Shown here: in pieces, positions 28,075 through 41,943 of the stretch | Layout: the number at the start of each line of letters is the position of its first letter | How positions within the stretch are numbered: position 1 is the stretch's first letter | Made by a program: the position numbers and the translations under genes | Assembly (NCBI GenBank): GCA_012295275.1 | Contig: CM022671.1 | Coordinates: 14,880,001-14,944,000 of the forward strand | Direction: 5' to 3' | Length of the DNA: 64,000 nucleotides | From: Chrysomallon squamiferum | Taxonomy: Eukaryota; Animalia; Mollusca | Notes under the pieces: model-generated | The model's input: the letters and a program-made list of their open reading frames with translations, nothing else | What the model was told of the DNA's origin: nothing | Database searches by the model: none

Positions 28075-28751
28075 TCTGTAATTAAGAAAAATAATTAAAT
28101 TAGAAAAGTACTGACATATAATCATAATAATGGCACCCTGGTGTTGAATCAGGTTCAGAAACATTAAACTTGACTATTTCTTTCACTTGCCAAAATGACT
28201 ATACTGGCAATAGTTTAATTAGTTAACAGAATAAATTTGAGTATCTTCATTCTGTGAAGTAACCTAATCAAATTATTATTTATTATTAATAATATAAACG
28301 CAAAATAAGGTTTTAACAGTCGTCAGCAATCTGGAATAACGGTTGTATACAACTCAAATCTGTATTACGTTGAAGATAAATATACAGATATACATTATAA
28401 TCGTGTTTATAATATTAATTATTTTAATAGTAGTTTAATGAAGTTCATGCAGAAAAACAATGCACACAGTAAAAAGTTCAGATAAAGATACAGTGTATGT
28501 CAGACTTAGAGCTAAACAGCAAGATTACAATTAACTAAAGACGTAAAATTTACATTAAAGATTACTAATTTAGTAATTAGATTCGTTCAGAATAATACTA
28601 TTATTTTTTTATTTTTTTTTAATAGTTGATTTCGATAGAAAAAGTTAGTACAGTAAAAAAATAACTGGACTCATATAAAATGTTCCCCACTCGTAATAAA
28701 AACAATAAATAAAATAACCTGTATTGCCCCAGTTGACAATCGCGGTGGCAT
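20084..28751 (-). CDS. RPA1: Replication protein A 70 kDa subunit; ~18 coding exons from ATG at 28751 to TGA at 20084
   Basis: [11 protein letters not shown]|AIING...RYRFLLSDG...IASLTPYQN|[42 protein letters not shown]...DIIGVV...VTLWG...[16 protein letters not shown]...[12 protein letters not shown]...FRCEKC (zinc finger)...DESRLK covers OB folds F, A, B and C. Confidence 0.96.
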
Positions 28752-28814
28752 CTTGAAATGTTGTCAGAACTAAAACAACAACAAATTATAGAAAACACAT
28801 CAAATGTTGGTCTG

Positions 28815-28838
28815 GCGCCAAATTCCTTAAAGGAAGTG
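28815..28838 (-). promoter_or_regulatory. E2F-consensus site and adjacent ETS-like site upstream of RPA1
   Basis: GCGCCAAA at 28815-28822 reads TTTGGCGC on the minus strand (TTTSSCGC consensus), ~65 bp before the RPA1 ATG; GGAAGTG at 28832-28838. Confidence 0.5.
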
Positions 28839-29440
28839 ACATAGTACTCGAATTTAGACTGCGCATTTAGGTTAAAGTGAAACTAGCGAAATTTAGAAGT
28901 TTTCTGTCAAAAAGTTATTGGCTGGTTAACGAAGCACGTTATCGTGGGAGATAATTATATAACATTATACATTATTTGCTGTTGTTTTTCCTTTCCAATT
29001 AAGAGTGTCATTAATAAGCATTAGGCCACGGATAAAAAAATAAAAATAATAATAAAGATATTCTTTAGATGAAAGAAAACTGCCGAACTTTTAGATATTT
29101 TTGATCAGTGTGATTATTAAAGTTAACATTAAGTAGAACAACTTTAACAAACTTTTATTATGTTACTGCACTAGAAGTTGTTTTCTATTTGCAGTAAGGT
29201 TTCTTCCTTTTTTATTTATTTTATTATTATTATTATTATTATATATTTTTACTTTTTCTATTTATTTTTCTAAATTATTTTATATATTTATATTTTTAAA
29301 TTTAAGTGTTTATTTACTTTTATTTTATTTTACTTTACTTTATTTTTATTTTTCATCTTATTTTTTATTTTATTTTTTTATTTTTGATGGTTCATATTTA
29401 GTTCAAATTATTCTTCAAACACGTGAAAAATTGAGGGGCC

Positions 29441-29496
<56 letters not shown>

Positions 29497-30542
29497 TCAA
29501 GAGTGCCTTAGATAATTATAGACGGATAATTAATTATCTTACACGATTATATTATTGACTTGGATTGAACTTTTATTACAAGCAATTTAATAGTGATTTT
29601 TTTTTAATCATTTAGAAGTCATTTGTCAGTGAATTTAGTCTCCACTGGACGTTTATTATAAGCTGTTTAGTTGCGAATTTTAATATTTATAAGTCATTTG
29701 GTAGTGAATTCAGTAGAACTAAACGCTTTGACGTAAGTCCTTGTATATTTTACAATGTGGACACACGAAATGACAGATGAATGATGTTTACTGAACCGAA
29801 ACTGAAGGTCTGCGGTTGTTTGTTTTGGTTTTGAATTTCTGTTACAGCTGAAAATCTGCTATCCTCTAATCTTAATTACTATTCAGACAAATTATAGGGT
29901 GTAATCCGGTGGAAGAAATACGAAATTCCTTAGTAATTTTAAAATTTAAATCTTGAATCGTTAATTTTGTAAGGTTGAGATTTATTATTGATAAACAGTG
30001 ACAACAGATGAATAATATCAAGGAAAAATAATGAACAATTAAATTGATACTAATTATGAAAGATTAAATTTGCGCAGAAGCCAATGAATTTACACTGCAA
30101 GAAATAAAGGTGATAGTCATTTTGATTCTGTCGATTTTTATTTAGACAGCTAAATATGTATCCTGTTTTTATTAATAAATGGACAGCAAATACTGTATTT
30201 CAAGTATCTTTTTTATAATTAAAAAAAAAAGTAATCTTTATATTCCTTACTTTTTAAAATTTGTATTTCATGATAAAACGCAATAAAATTAGCATCCTGA
30301 GTTTATATATTCAAAGACTCGATGAACGATAAAATGTTCGCTGAATTATCTTTCGTTGATTTCACAGCGGCTGAAGTTGTTCGCTAGCTTTATTTCAGTT
30401 GAAAGTTTGCAAAACTTGGAAATAAAAAGTTATGGGAACATAAGTGTGTATCAGTATTTAATGAAACATATTTATTTTTTTAACATCTTTAGAGGTAGTG
30501 CCAATTTTGTTCTTAGTTAAAATGACGTGAAAATTGCCAAAT

Positions 30543-33500
30543 ATGCCTCTCGTATCCATGAAAAAGCCTAGCAAAGGTAGCTCGAAGAGTTTCCCTGTAC
30601 GAATAACAACGATGGATGCGGAATTGGAATTTGACATAGAGGTTATTTTTATGTTTTAGAACTATTAGTGTGTTGGCGTAAAAGAATAATAATTATTTAA
30701 TGACCAAGTAAATTGTAATTCGCATCTATGGCTATGCTTTGAAGGTGAACCACAAACTCTATAGAACTATAATGAATACTTTGCGACGGTTTCTTTTGCC
30801 GCTGGTACAAAGAAAAACAATAAAAGGTCATTAAAAAAGAACAAAAACAAAAGTTGTAAGCTTGTTAGATTAACTAATGATTGTTTTGCAATGTTGCCAA
30901 CCACTATGATCACCCGATGTAATTTGTTTTATCTGTTTTTGTTTTTGTTTTTGACATACTTATCTCCCTTCCATTATAAAGAGGTTTGGAATCTTATAAA
31001 TAAATGTTATAAAAAGAGAAATAAGATTATAATTAGTAAAAATACAGATTTTTTGTAAGTTTATTATTCTGGCAGTTATTATTTTAATATATACTGTCAA
31101 AAAATAATTTTGTCTTTAAACAGCACAGTTGTATAAATATTACAAACATTTGTTGTTCCAGTGTTTGGGGTGTGTATTTAAACTATTTTCTGTATCCAAA
31201 AGCCACTATATGGCTTGCTCCTACCTTTATCACAAAGTACTGTTTAAAAGGATATTATGCTTTAAGTTGAGGAAAAAATTGAATTTTTCACAGCCAATGA
31301 ATTTGTGATTATGTTTATATGAAAGAGTATATTTATTTATTTATTTTTATTTTTTTATTTTTTTTCTAGAACAAAACAACAGGGAAGGAATTGTTTGATC
31401 TGGTTTGTCGGACAATAGGCTTGCGTGAAACATGGTACTTTGGACTTCAGCATGTGGATTCTAAAGGATATATTGCTTGGTTAAAGTTTGATAAAAAGGT
31501 TAGAAAATTCATTTGATTGGAATAAATTATCATAACTATATGTTTATTCTTTTATGTTCAAAACTGAATATTTTCATGCATGAAACAGTTAATACTAAAT
31601 GTTCTATTTGAAAATGAGAGAATATAAAAACAACACTGTCATGATTCATTTGGCTTGTCTGGCAGTTTCATTTGTTCTTTTTACTAAACAACTATGATAA
31701 ATTTTAAAGTTGTATGACTTCAGTCATATTCTTAAATAGTAAATTTTCAATAAATATTGGGAAACTTGGAGCTTTATAAATGGTATCAATACACTGACAG
31801 TTTCTTCTTATTGTTGTCTAAACCAACAAGTCTCTTATTGTTTTAGGTACTGGATCAGGATGTGGGAAAGGAAATTCCACTACAGTTCTTATTTCTGGCT
31901 AAATTCTACCCAGAGGATGTTTCAGAAGAGCTGATCCAAGAAATCACACAGCACTTGTTCTTTCTGCAGGTTAAACAGTCCATTCTTAACATGGATATTT
32001 ACTGTCCACCTGAAGCTTCTGTTCTGCTTGCTTCATACGCTGTCCAGGCAAAGGTGAGTGATCTGTCCAAACACTACGTAATATTTATCTGAACATAAGA
32101 TACTTAGTTTGTTATTTTCTTTTTAACAACAGAAGTTACAGATGCAATAAACAGAACATTTTATTTTGTTATCAGTTATCAAGAAAATCTTTCGTAAACA
32201 GTGCAGGCAATTGAATTAGGTGACTATACTGATAGTGGTTGGGTGTTGTGTTGGTATATGTCTGTCTCTCTGTCTGGATTAGTTAAAAATGGTTGTCAAG
32301 ATAATAATCAGACTTATATAGATGTTTGGCAGTATAATAAAATATACTTGTATCTACCATACTGTTAAGTTGATATGCTGTAACAGTTTTATCACAGTGT
32401 TGCAATTCATAGTTTTTATAAAAGTCAAATACATTACTTTTTGATAATACTGACATTCTGATCACCATAAAAATTGCCAAAGTAACAAATGAAATTAATA
32501 CAGACATTGATATAACAAGTTTTCCAGTATAAAAATTGCAATTTTAAATAATTTATGTAACAAAAAAAACTCCAAAATAACTAATATTTAATTTATCAGT
32601 ATGGAGATTATGATGAGTACACATACAAACCTGGAATGTTGGCAAGTGAAGACTTGTTACCACAGAGAGTCATAGATCAGTATCAGATGACTCCAGAGAT
32701 GTGGGAAGAACGAATCAAAGTGTGGTATGCAGACAGAAGAGGTCTGACAAGGTGAGTCTCTGTCTGAAAAAACATTTTTAGGATTATCTCCTTTAATGTT
32801 GGTGTTCCTCTTTCTTTTTTCTTCATGATAAATTACATCATAAAATAAGAAAGTCAACATCTGTCAGATTATTTAGGGAATTGCTGAGCAAATTTCAAAG
32901 AGGGAAAACCCAGTTCTAAAACATATATCACATAATATGCTGTCTGTATAATGTATTATTAATTGTTGAATGTTGTAATCAGTGTTTTACTAGAAATAGA
33001 TTTTGCTGTAATGTTCCAGAGTTCCATTTCTTCCATTTTCAAGTTTCACACTGCTGTTCATACATAACCTCTTTAATTATTATTTAAATCTAATAGAGAA
33101 TTTCTGATCTGTTTCAGATGTTTCTAAACAGAATAATTACCTTTAATACATTCTTTATTGTATTTTATTTTTGATTACTTCTTAGTTTTATTCTATTTTA
33201 TTTATTATTATTATTATTATTATTAGTTCTAGTTATACTTTAATAATATTTTCATAACAGTTTTATTTTATTTTCAGAGATGAAGCTGAAATAGAATATT
33301 TAAAAATAGCACAAGATTTTGAAATGTATGGTGTCAACTACTTTTTGATAAAGGTAATCATATTTGAATGTAGAAATCAGTTGCATTCAAGAAATTACAG
33401 AAACCTGTACACTGAAAAAAACTAAAGAAGAAAAAAAACATTTTTTAAAAGTGATACAAATTTAATTATCTCTGGTTTTATTGCCTCATTCATTGTTATT

Positions 33501-36500
33501 AATATTATCATTTTTGTTTTCATCCATAATATCATTTAAGAAAAAAAAAACCCTCAAAAAACCTTTTCATTAAGCAGATTTACATTGTGTGTCTTCAGTT
33601 TGATGTTTGTTGTGATGCTTTTTTTTGAAAGCCTTGAATATTTCTTTTGTAACTTGAGAAAGATGAGACATTATTTGTATGTTCGTTGATTTCAGAACAA
33701 GAAGGGAAGTGATCTCTGGCTGGGTGTTGATTCAATAGGAATTAATGTGTATGAACGAGATAACAGACTGACACCAAAAATAACATTTCCATGGAGCGAA
33801 ATCAAAAACATTTCATTTAAAGATAAAAAGGCAAGTACACTGTAAATTTTATGTCAGTGAATTCTCACAATACAAGCATGGTTAAAAATACACAGAATGC
33901 TGACAAGAAATATAAGATTTCTTTGGAGCGAAATCAAAAACATTTCATTTAAAAAAGATAAAAAGACTTTCATAGCGATAAAATATAAGCATGATAACTG
34001 TTGTAACAAATACTAATAATCAGTGTTATAAGTTTCACATTGCTTATTTTCTTGTTTTGATTTTTTTTCAGTTTCTTATTAAAAATGTTGGAAAAGGAGC
34101 CAAAGATTTCTCATTTTATGCACCAAAACTTAGAATAAATAAATTGGTATGTATGTTCAATGCATTGAAAATGCATATAAAATATTCCTCTCTGTTATTT
34201 GATATGTCAGTTTAAAGCAGGCTGTATTTAATAATTTTCAAATAAAGTTAATTGTTATTTAAAGTTTTAATGTATTGTCAGAGATCAGTTGGAACACACA
34301 AGTCAGTTGTTTCTGTTTCAAACCTGATTTTTTCTCATTGTGAGTGAATGATGTTTAACAACAACAAAACAAAAATTCACACACAGTCAAGAACCTTAGG
34401 CTATAGGTGCAATAATTTGTTGTTGTAGAATTATATTATCATGATTTAAATTCATGGGTATGTGTGTTTAATCAGGTGTTTACATTTTCTTCTCTGGGTG
34501 CTGTTTGATTGGTACCTGATTGAACAAAAGGTAAGAAAACCCCCAAAAACTTCATAGACTTGTTTAACAATTATTTAATTTTATATTAAAATGGGTTTAC
34601 CGTTATGCAAGTATTCATTAATTTATTTATAAAAACTGTTGATCCCATGAAGGCCGATTTTTTTTTTTTTTTTTACTTATATCAACAGATTTTGGAACTC
34701 TGTGTTGGAAACCATGAACTGTATATGAGGCGACGGAAGCCTGATTCTATGGAAATACAACAAATGAAAGCTCAGGCCAGGGAAGAAAAAAGCAGAAAGC
34801 AGGTTAGTTTCTGTTTAAATTTAAAAACATATATTAACCATTGCTAAATCTTGAGTTTTCATATGTTTTCTTCTGACATTTTAACTCTTACTTTCATAGT
34901 TAGAAAAAGTTTGTTTGGCTAAAACAAATATAACATGAACATGTCACTTTTGTTTAAATTTTAAAAATCTATCATTAATAGAAGCTATGAAAATACATCT
35001 TGATTTGTCACACAGCAGGTTTATTGTGTTGTTTTCCTCTGACTTTTAAATTTTTGTTATTTTCATAGCTAGAAAGAGCTCGTCTGGCCAAAGAAAAACA
35101 ACTACGGGAAGAAGCCATGAGAGATAAAGAAGAATTAGAGAGAAAATTTGCTCAGCTGCAAGAAGAAGTTAGATTATCACATGAAGCATTAGTAAGTTCT
35201 GTCACAACATTTTTCCAGGAAATATTTTGTAATATGTAATGATGATTTTATGTGGTTTTTGATATTTATAACTTAAAATGTTTTTGTTTTTTTGACAAAT
35301 AAAACATGACATATTTACAGATGAGGTCTGAAGAAACAGCAGACTTGCTTGCAGAGAAGGTGAAGATCATGGACGAGGAAGCCTCTCTGCTACGAGAGAG
35401 AGCCCAAGAACAAGACAACGAAGTACACAGGATCAAGCTGTCTGCAATTAAGGTGTTTATCATTGTTAGAATAAACAGATAAAATTTTGTTTTCTGTTTA
35501 TTTGTTATCTCTGTAATTAAAAAAAATCTTTTCTTTGTGTATTATTACAAAAACATCTTTTCATTGTTTGTATAAAAACACAAAACATTGTCTTTTCATT
35601 GTTTCTTTGTAATTATAAAATCATCTGCTCAATTTTGTAAAAGTTTAAATTTAAAACTTGTTTAACACATTTTGAAGGATATTTTTAATACTTTGTACAT
35701 AATGTCTGTTTCATAAATTAAAATAATTTTGAAAATCCATTGACATAGATTGCTGTTTCTCTTCTTAAACATTTTCACAGACTGAGGAAGAAAGAATACT
35801 GATGGAACACCGAGCTCGGGAAGCTGAACAGATTGCTGCTAAATTGTTAGAAGAGTCAGAAAGAAGGTATAAATTAAACACAGTATATACTAGTGACAGT
35901 CTTGTAATGCTATATGTTTTGTGTTACAAACATGGCTTCTACACTGACTGAGTGGTTTTTTTTTATAGCATAGATGTTAGTATTGATGTTTATAGAAAGT
36001 ATAAATTAAACAAAGTATATGCAGTTGACAGTCTTGACTATGTAATGCTATATGTTTTATTTATAAACACTTCTCTTATACTGACTGAATTATTATAGGA
36101 TAGATATTAGAGTGTGGAGATGTTTATAGAAGGTATAAATTAAACAGTGTATGTAAATGATTGTCTTGTAATGCTACATGTTTTGTGTCACACTGATTGA
36201 GTGTTTTTTATAGGATAGATGTCACAGACAGTATATATATATATAGAAGGTATAAATCAAACAGAGTATATATAGTGTTGACTATGTAATGCTGTATGTT
36301 TTATATTATAAACACTTCTCTTAAACACAGGATAGATATTAGTGTAGAGATGTTTATAGAAGGTATATACAAGTGACAGTGTTGACTATGTAGTGCTATA
36401 TGTTTTATGTTATAAATACTTCTTCTACTGAATGATAAATTGACTGAATTATTACAGGATAGATATTAGTGTAGAGACGTTTATAATGTATACTCAGCTA

Positions 36501-37335
36501 CCCATTCTATGAAATCCATAGCAACATTTTTAAATATTCATATATCAAATGATAGGTCTTATTTTATTGCAGGTTAGTTAATAATAAATATAGGCTATCT
36601 TCAATGCAAGGGATATGAAAAAATAGAAATATATAAATTGATTTTTTTAGTTTTGTTTTCAGAGCTAAGGAAGCTGAGGCATTAAAGGATGAACTGCTGA
36701 AGGCTCGAATAGCTGAAAAATTTGCCAAAGATAAACTCTTGGACTTGACACGACCTGACACCAGTTTTGGTATTAGTCATGTACGTTTTTACATGTTAAT
36801 GACAAACAGCTTACCATTTTGTTAAATCATGGAATTCAAAGTTATGGTAATTAAAGTATATGTTAAAAGTTTTTTTTTTATTACTAACAGATCTATGTCT
36901 TTTCATTATCCTAGTAGCTTTATTTATTTTTAATTATTTAATAATTATTCTAAATATTTCCTTTCTGCTTGTATTTTGTTAAGCATTCATTTATTCTTAG
37001 CAGTCTTTGGCACTTTGGCAATACTAATTTATTACTAAAACTTATTTTAAAATTGTTCTTTCAAAATTTTCTTCAGTATCCTGATCTCACATGTCTGCGA
37101 CTTGAACCCAGATCTCTCTCAGCTGCAGACAGTCCTATGGGACTTGGCTGCGAACCAGTAATTGGTGACATGGATCAACTGTCTTTTGAGATTGAGAAAG
37201 AAAGGTCAGTTAATTTTATTAACAACAAAACTTCTTTCTGGTCAATTAAATTTTATATTTAGATATAGATATATAGTATATAGATATGTATGTGTTGTGT
37301 GTGTTTTTGTGTGTATACATACATACATACATACA

Positions 37336-37369
<34 letters not shown>

Positions 37370-38714
37370 CATACACACATACATATATACATACACACAC
37401 ACACATACATACATACATACATATAAAATACATATATAATATAACATTAAAATGCATAAAAATATTGAGCAGGCACATTTTAAAACACAGTGTTCTCTGA
37501 AAATATGAAAATAAAATGACGCCTGTAAAAAAAATCTGTGGAAAATATTCAAAAACGGAAGCAAAAAAATAAAAAATAAAGAACCAGATTATTTGAATAT
37601 TAATTGTTTTTCAGTATGTAAAATTTATCATTCCTAGAACAAAGAACAACCATTTTAAATTTGTTATCAACATTCTGAACAAGTATCAAATGACAGGCTA
37701 TTTACATATTATGTTGTTAATTGAATATGCATTTTGAGTGGTTTGTTTAGTAATTTGTTCTCATTAATTATCTAGAATGGAATATATGGAGAAGAGTAAA
37801 AATTTACAAGAACAGTTGAAAGATCTCAAAACTGAGATTGAAGTTCTGAAAGTGGAAGAGAAGCAGACTGACTTGGACAGGCTACATGAAGAAAGTATGC
37901 AGAGAGGAGAAACTAAGTACTCAACTTTGAAAAAGGTATTTTCAAATTTTCAATGTGGTTATATATATATTTTTTAATCAACTAACAAAATTAAGAACTT
38001 GTATATCAGAGGTCTGGAAAAATATTTTTGTCAGTTAGAACTATGTTGTCCAAATGTATCCCTAACAATTTTGTTTATGACATCGATATTTGTCTTTTCC
38101 TGTAAATTGTACTTAAAAACAAACATCTTCATTTTGTTTTTCTGCGTGTTTGTTTTATAGTAATGTAATAGAGCATGTTAGTATGGTCTTGCTGAGAGTG
38201 ATTTTTAAAATGTAAATAAAACGAAAATATTGTATACCACACGAGCCTTTAATTTGGTTTTCAAATAAAATTGTTGATCAGTCTACTTCCATGACCATGT
38301 TTGCTTTTTCAAAACTTTTAATCACAGTTATACCAAATATTCAGTAATGTTGACTTGTCAGTGTGCGTGCACACATACACACACTCACACACACACACAT
38401 ATACACACATCACAGCTGATCCAAATTCAAAATAACAATAGTCAGTGCATTCCCAGATACTGCCAAACAAAGAAAACATGTAAGACTGACAACAGATACA
38501 AATTATTTTAATTACAGAAATGGACACATCCACAGGATACAAAAATAATACTGAATGTGTGATCAGTAAAGATGTGGTTTGCAAAATTAAATTAGTTTTA
38601 ACAGTTAATATTTAAATTTTCAAAAATTTTATTTTCTTTATTTTATTTGTTATTTTTTTTCAGATTGGTTCTAGTTCTTCAAATGCAAGAGTTGCCTTTT
38701 TTGAAGATTTGTGA
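30543..38714 (+). CDS. NF2: Merlin (NF2, FERM-domain tumour suppressor orthologue); 15 coding exons (~30543-30641, 31370-31498, 31847-32053, 32600-32751, 33278-33353, 33696-33830, 34072-34146, 34689-34802, 35069-35191, 35321-35452, 35781-35866, 36663-36780, 37077-37204, 37776-37935, 38664-38714)
   Basis: FERM domain ([42 protein letters not shown]), the merlin-specific Blue box [20 protein letters not shown] and C-terminal RVAFFEDL*. These identify merlin rather than moesin/ERM. Confidence 0.96.
33831..34071 (+). other. GC-AG intron in NF2
   Basis: Exon ends ...ISFKDKK at AAG|GCAAGT; the next exon starts in phase 0 with FLIKN, as expected from ERM/merlin alignment. Confidence 0.8.
35862..36487 (+). 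repeat. Degenerate ~113-134 bp tandem repeat (5 units) starting at an NF2 splice donor
   Basis: Units begin AGAAGGTATAAATTAAAC-like at ~35862, 35994, 36128, 36245 and 36358, and share gtaatgctatatgtttt and ggatagat...gatgtttatag blocks. Confidence 0.85.
37315..37422. repeat. (TACA)n / (CA)n microsatellite in an NF2 intron
   Basis: Directly visible tetranucleotide run. Confidence 0.92.
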
Positions 38715-41700
38715 AAAACAGTTTGCATAAGTGAAACTTTAGAGTCTTTCAGTAAAATATTACTATGGTGAAAAAAGAGTGAGAGAGAGAAAAAAATGTT
38801 GTGTAATGGATACTGGATTACATTCAGAGAATGTGTGTACATTTAAGACAAAAATACAAATAACCGTTCTGCTTGAAAATAATTAAAATTACTGTTTTCT
38901 TATTTCATGCTAGTATCTTTGCCAGGTGCCAAAATGTTATGTATCAAAATATATAGAGGCTACCAAATTGATAAAATAATGCCTTGAACTCTCCTGAAAA
39001 TAGATCAGCATTTCTCACAAGACAAGTGTTAACAAGGAATCAGCTTTGATGTGTTCGGGTGATGCTGCCTGTGTAAGAGCTGTACACATTGATTTGTCAA
39101 GTTTGACCAGTGAAATTGCTTTATTCACTTATGTGAACTTTTTAATAGTGATAGAAAATAATCAATTAAAAAAAAAAAAATCACAGAAAAATGTTTGATC
39201 AATAAAGCAGTTTGCAGTACTTGATGGTGCTAAAAAAAAAAAAATTAATTATAATTCTGTTCTTACATAGTCATTCGTGGTTGTTTCTGCAGTTTGCTGT
39301 CTGTTGAAGGAAATCTGATGAAAGCTGACAGTTTGGGACATTAACCTGAGAGATAAAAAAACTGTCATGAATTCAGTGTGCAGCATTGGTGTAGCCCAGA
39401 TGTTAAATCTAACAGACGTCTTAGATAAGCTTCAACAGAAATATCTTACATATTCTCCTTGATTTTGATTTTTATCATCTGTTTCTGTACCTTGTGAACT
39501 GAAAAACCCATCCATCTGCAAGTCTGGAATGATCTTCAGCATTTTAATAGTGATGTCAAACAGTGATAAACATAAGGATTTTTAAAAACAGTTATTATTG
39601 AATGCATACAATAATAATAAAGCACTTAAATCATAATGATGGGGAAATGTTTGTTCTGGATCTCTATATGCTCGTCTGCATATATTTTGGAATATCTGTA
39701 CAAAATATAAATCATCAGTACTTTTCATATGTGGAACTTGCCAAATCAATTTTTAAGTTTTAATTGTTTTTTATAATGTGCACACCTCCAAACCCAACAG
39801 AGCTTTTCTGCTTTTGTTTTGCTAGAAAGGTTTCAGCTTATTTTTCAAAGAAACCAAATCATAGAACTGTGAATGAGTGAACAGTGGTAATTCAGAGAGC
39901 AACATCAAATCTAGACTAGTGTGAGTAATTGAAAGATATTTATATCAGTGTGTGAATGGAATTAAAAGTGCATAATCTTATATATAAATATTTATATCAA
40001 ATATATTCAACTTTTTAAAAAATTGTTTAATGTTCTTAAAATATGTATGAATTATATATAATTTTTTTTTTCCTAAACATAGTAAATAACAAAATACAGT
40101 TAAATCTGAAATAATTAGCAATGGTATTTGTTTTAAAACAAGTTCCTGGTTTTACTGGTAAAATAGATATGAAGGAATATGCAGCATTAAAAGAAAACTA
40201 ATTGTATCTTTGGTGATACAGTTAAATAAATGTCTAAATGATTTCTTTATACACCAATATTATTTTATTTGTCTTAGGTGACTGTTATAGCTGATAACAA
40301 AAGTTATAAAACATTTGAACATTGAAATTTTTTTCCTTAATAGTAACAACTGTTTTACATTTCTTCTGATCTGAGAAAAAATTCAATTTAAAAGTGCCAT
40401 TTAAAATAAGAAGAACAATAATGATGATGAAAATATGCAATCATTTGATTGTCAGATGTATCTGTTGAAATGCTTGCTATTGTTAGAGAAAGAGATAAAA
40501 TCAAGTATATTGAATTTTAATAGGTAACAGTTATTTGTAAGCCCATGAAAAAAAAAGAGAACTTTTTATACAATAAATATAGAATGTTTATTTGAAGACA
40601 GACAAAATAATAATGTTCTTAATTACGAAATCTGAAGTTGAAAGTTTAATGTATCAGATAGCTTATATTATTATAACAACTGCAGCTGTAAATACAGTTT
40701 TTAATGCGAAAAAAGCTTGGAAGTGAAAATTTGGATGGTAATAAAATAATGTAACTGATGAGAAAAAATGTCATGTTTTTCTGTCGTGTTCCTGTTAATT
40801 GAAAGTGGTCACCATAATCAAAATAACTCATTTCATTATGTATTAGAAAAGTATTTAGACTGAGCGTTTTTTGTTAAGTATCACCAAATGTACACTTAGG
40901 ATTCAAAGGATTCTTTCTAAACTAGTATGTGCATTATTTTCTCTGATGAAATGTGGATGGCTTAGGGAATTGTGGCTAATAATTATACACTGTCTCATTT
41001 TTAAGCTGTATAATATTCTCATCAACACTTTATTTTTATCTTATGATAAAATCATTTTACGTTAAGTATATTTTAATGCAAATGAAAATCTATTTGTATA
41101 GCAAAAATAGGGATTTGAGATCTTTGTTAATATTATAATACATGTGTATGTATATTATATCTGTATCTCTATCTATCTATCTATATATTTGGTTATTTAT
41201 AATTTTCTTTCTTAAATATTTGTTAGTCATTTCATTTATGAGTATTAGTTCATTTATCAATAATACATTTTTATGAAAGCTATATTGTAAAAACTATTAA
41301 AGCAAGTCTTCAAAAAAATTAATTAAATAAGCAAAAAAAAAAGGTTTTATTGAATCAGATTTTCAAACAAAAGATACATTTGATTCAGTCCAAACATATT
41401 AATTGAAGAATTTGATTTCAGTTAGTTGCTTCAGTATATTTACAGACAATAACTTAACTATGATTTAGAAATATTTATAAATAAAAAAAAAAAAAAAAAA
41501 TAGAAATCTGTATAAATTTGTTTGCCTTTGCTTGAAATTTTTTTAAAATATAATGTTTATGAAGATCTTAAATTCAAAACACTGGCAGTACAAGTAGATA
41601 TGTATTTCTGTTAAGTATACTTAGTGATTACATGTATGTTAAAAGAACATTCTGTATATATTATATATACATATTTTATTTTTTTATAAATAATGTATTT

Positions 41701-41899
41701 TATGTTTTGTACAAGTGCAATATGCAGTTCTTCAACTAGTGTCTTATCTTTTTTCTTTTTTTTTTCTCATTGCAGTATTTTACTTAAGATAACATTAAAT
41801 AAGCAATTTATATTTTTATTATATTATTTTGTTTTTTAATGTCATTTCATCTTATTTTATTTCCTCTTCTTTTTTATTCTCTTTTAGCTTTTGTTTTGT

Positions 41900-41943
<44 letters not shown>

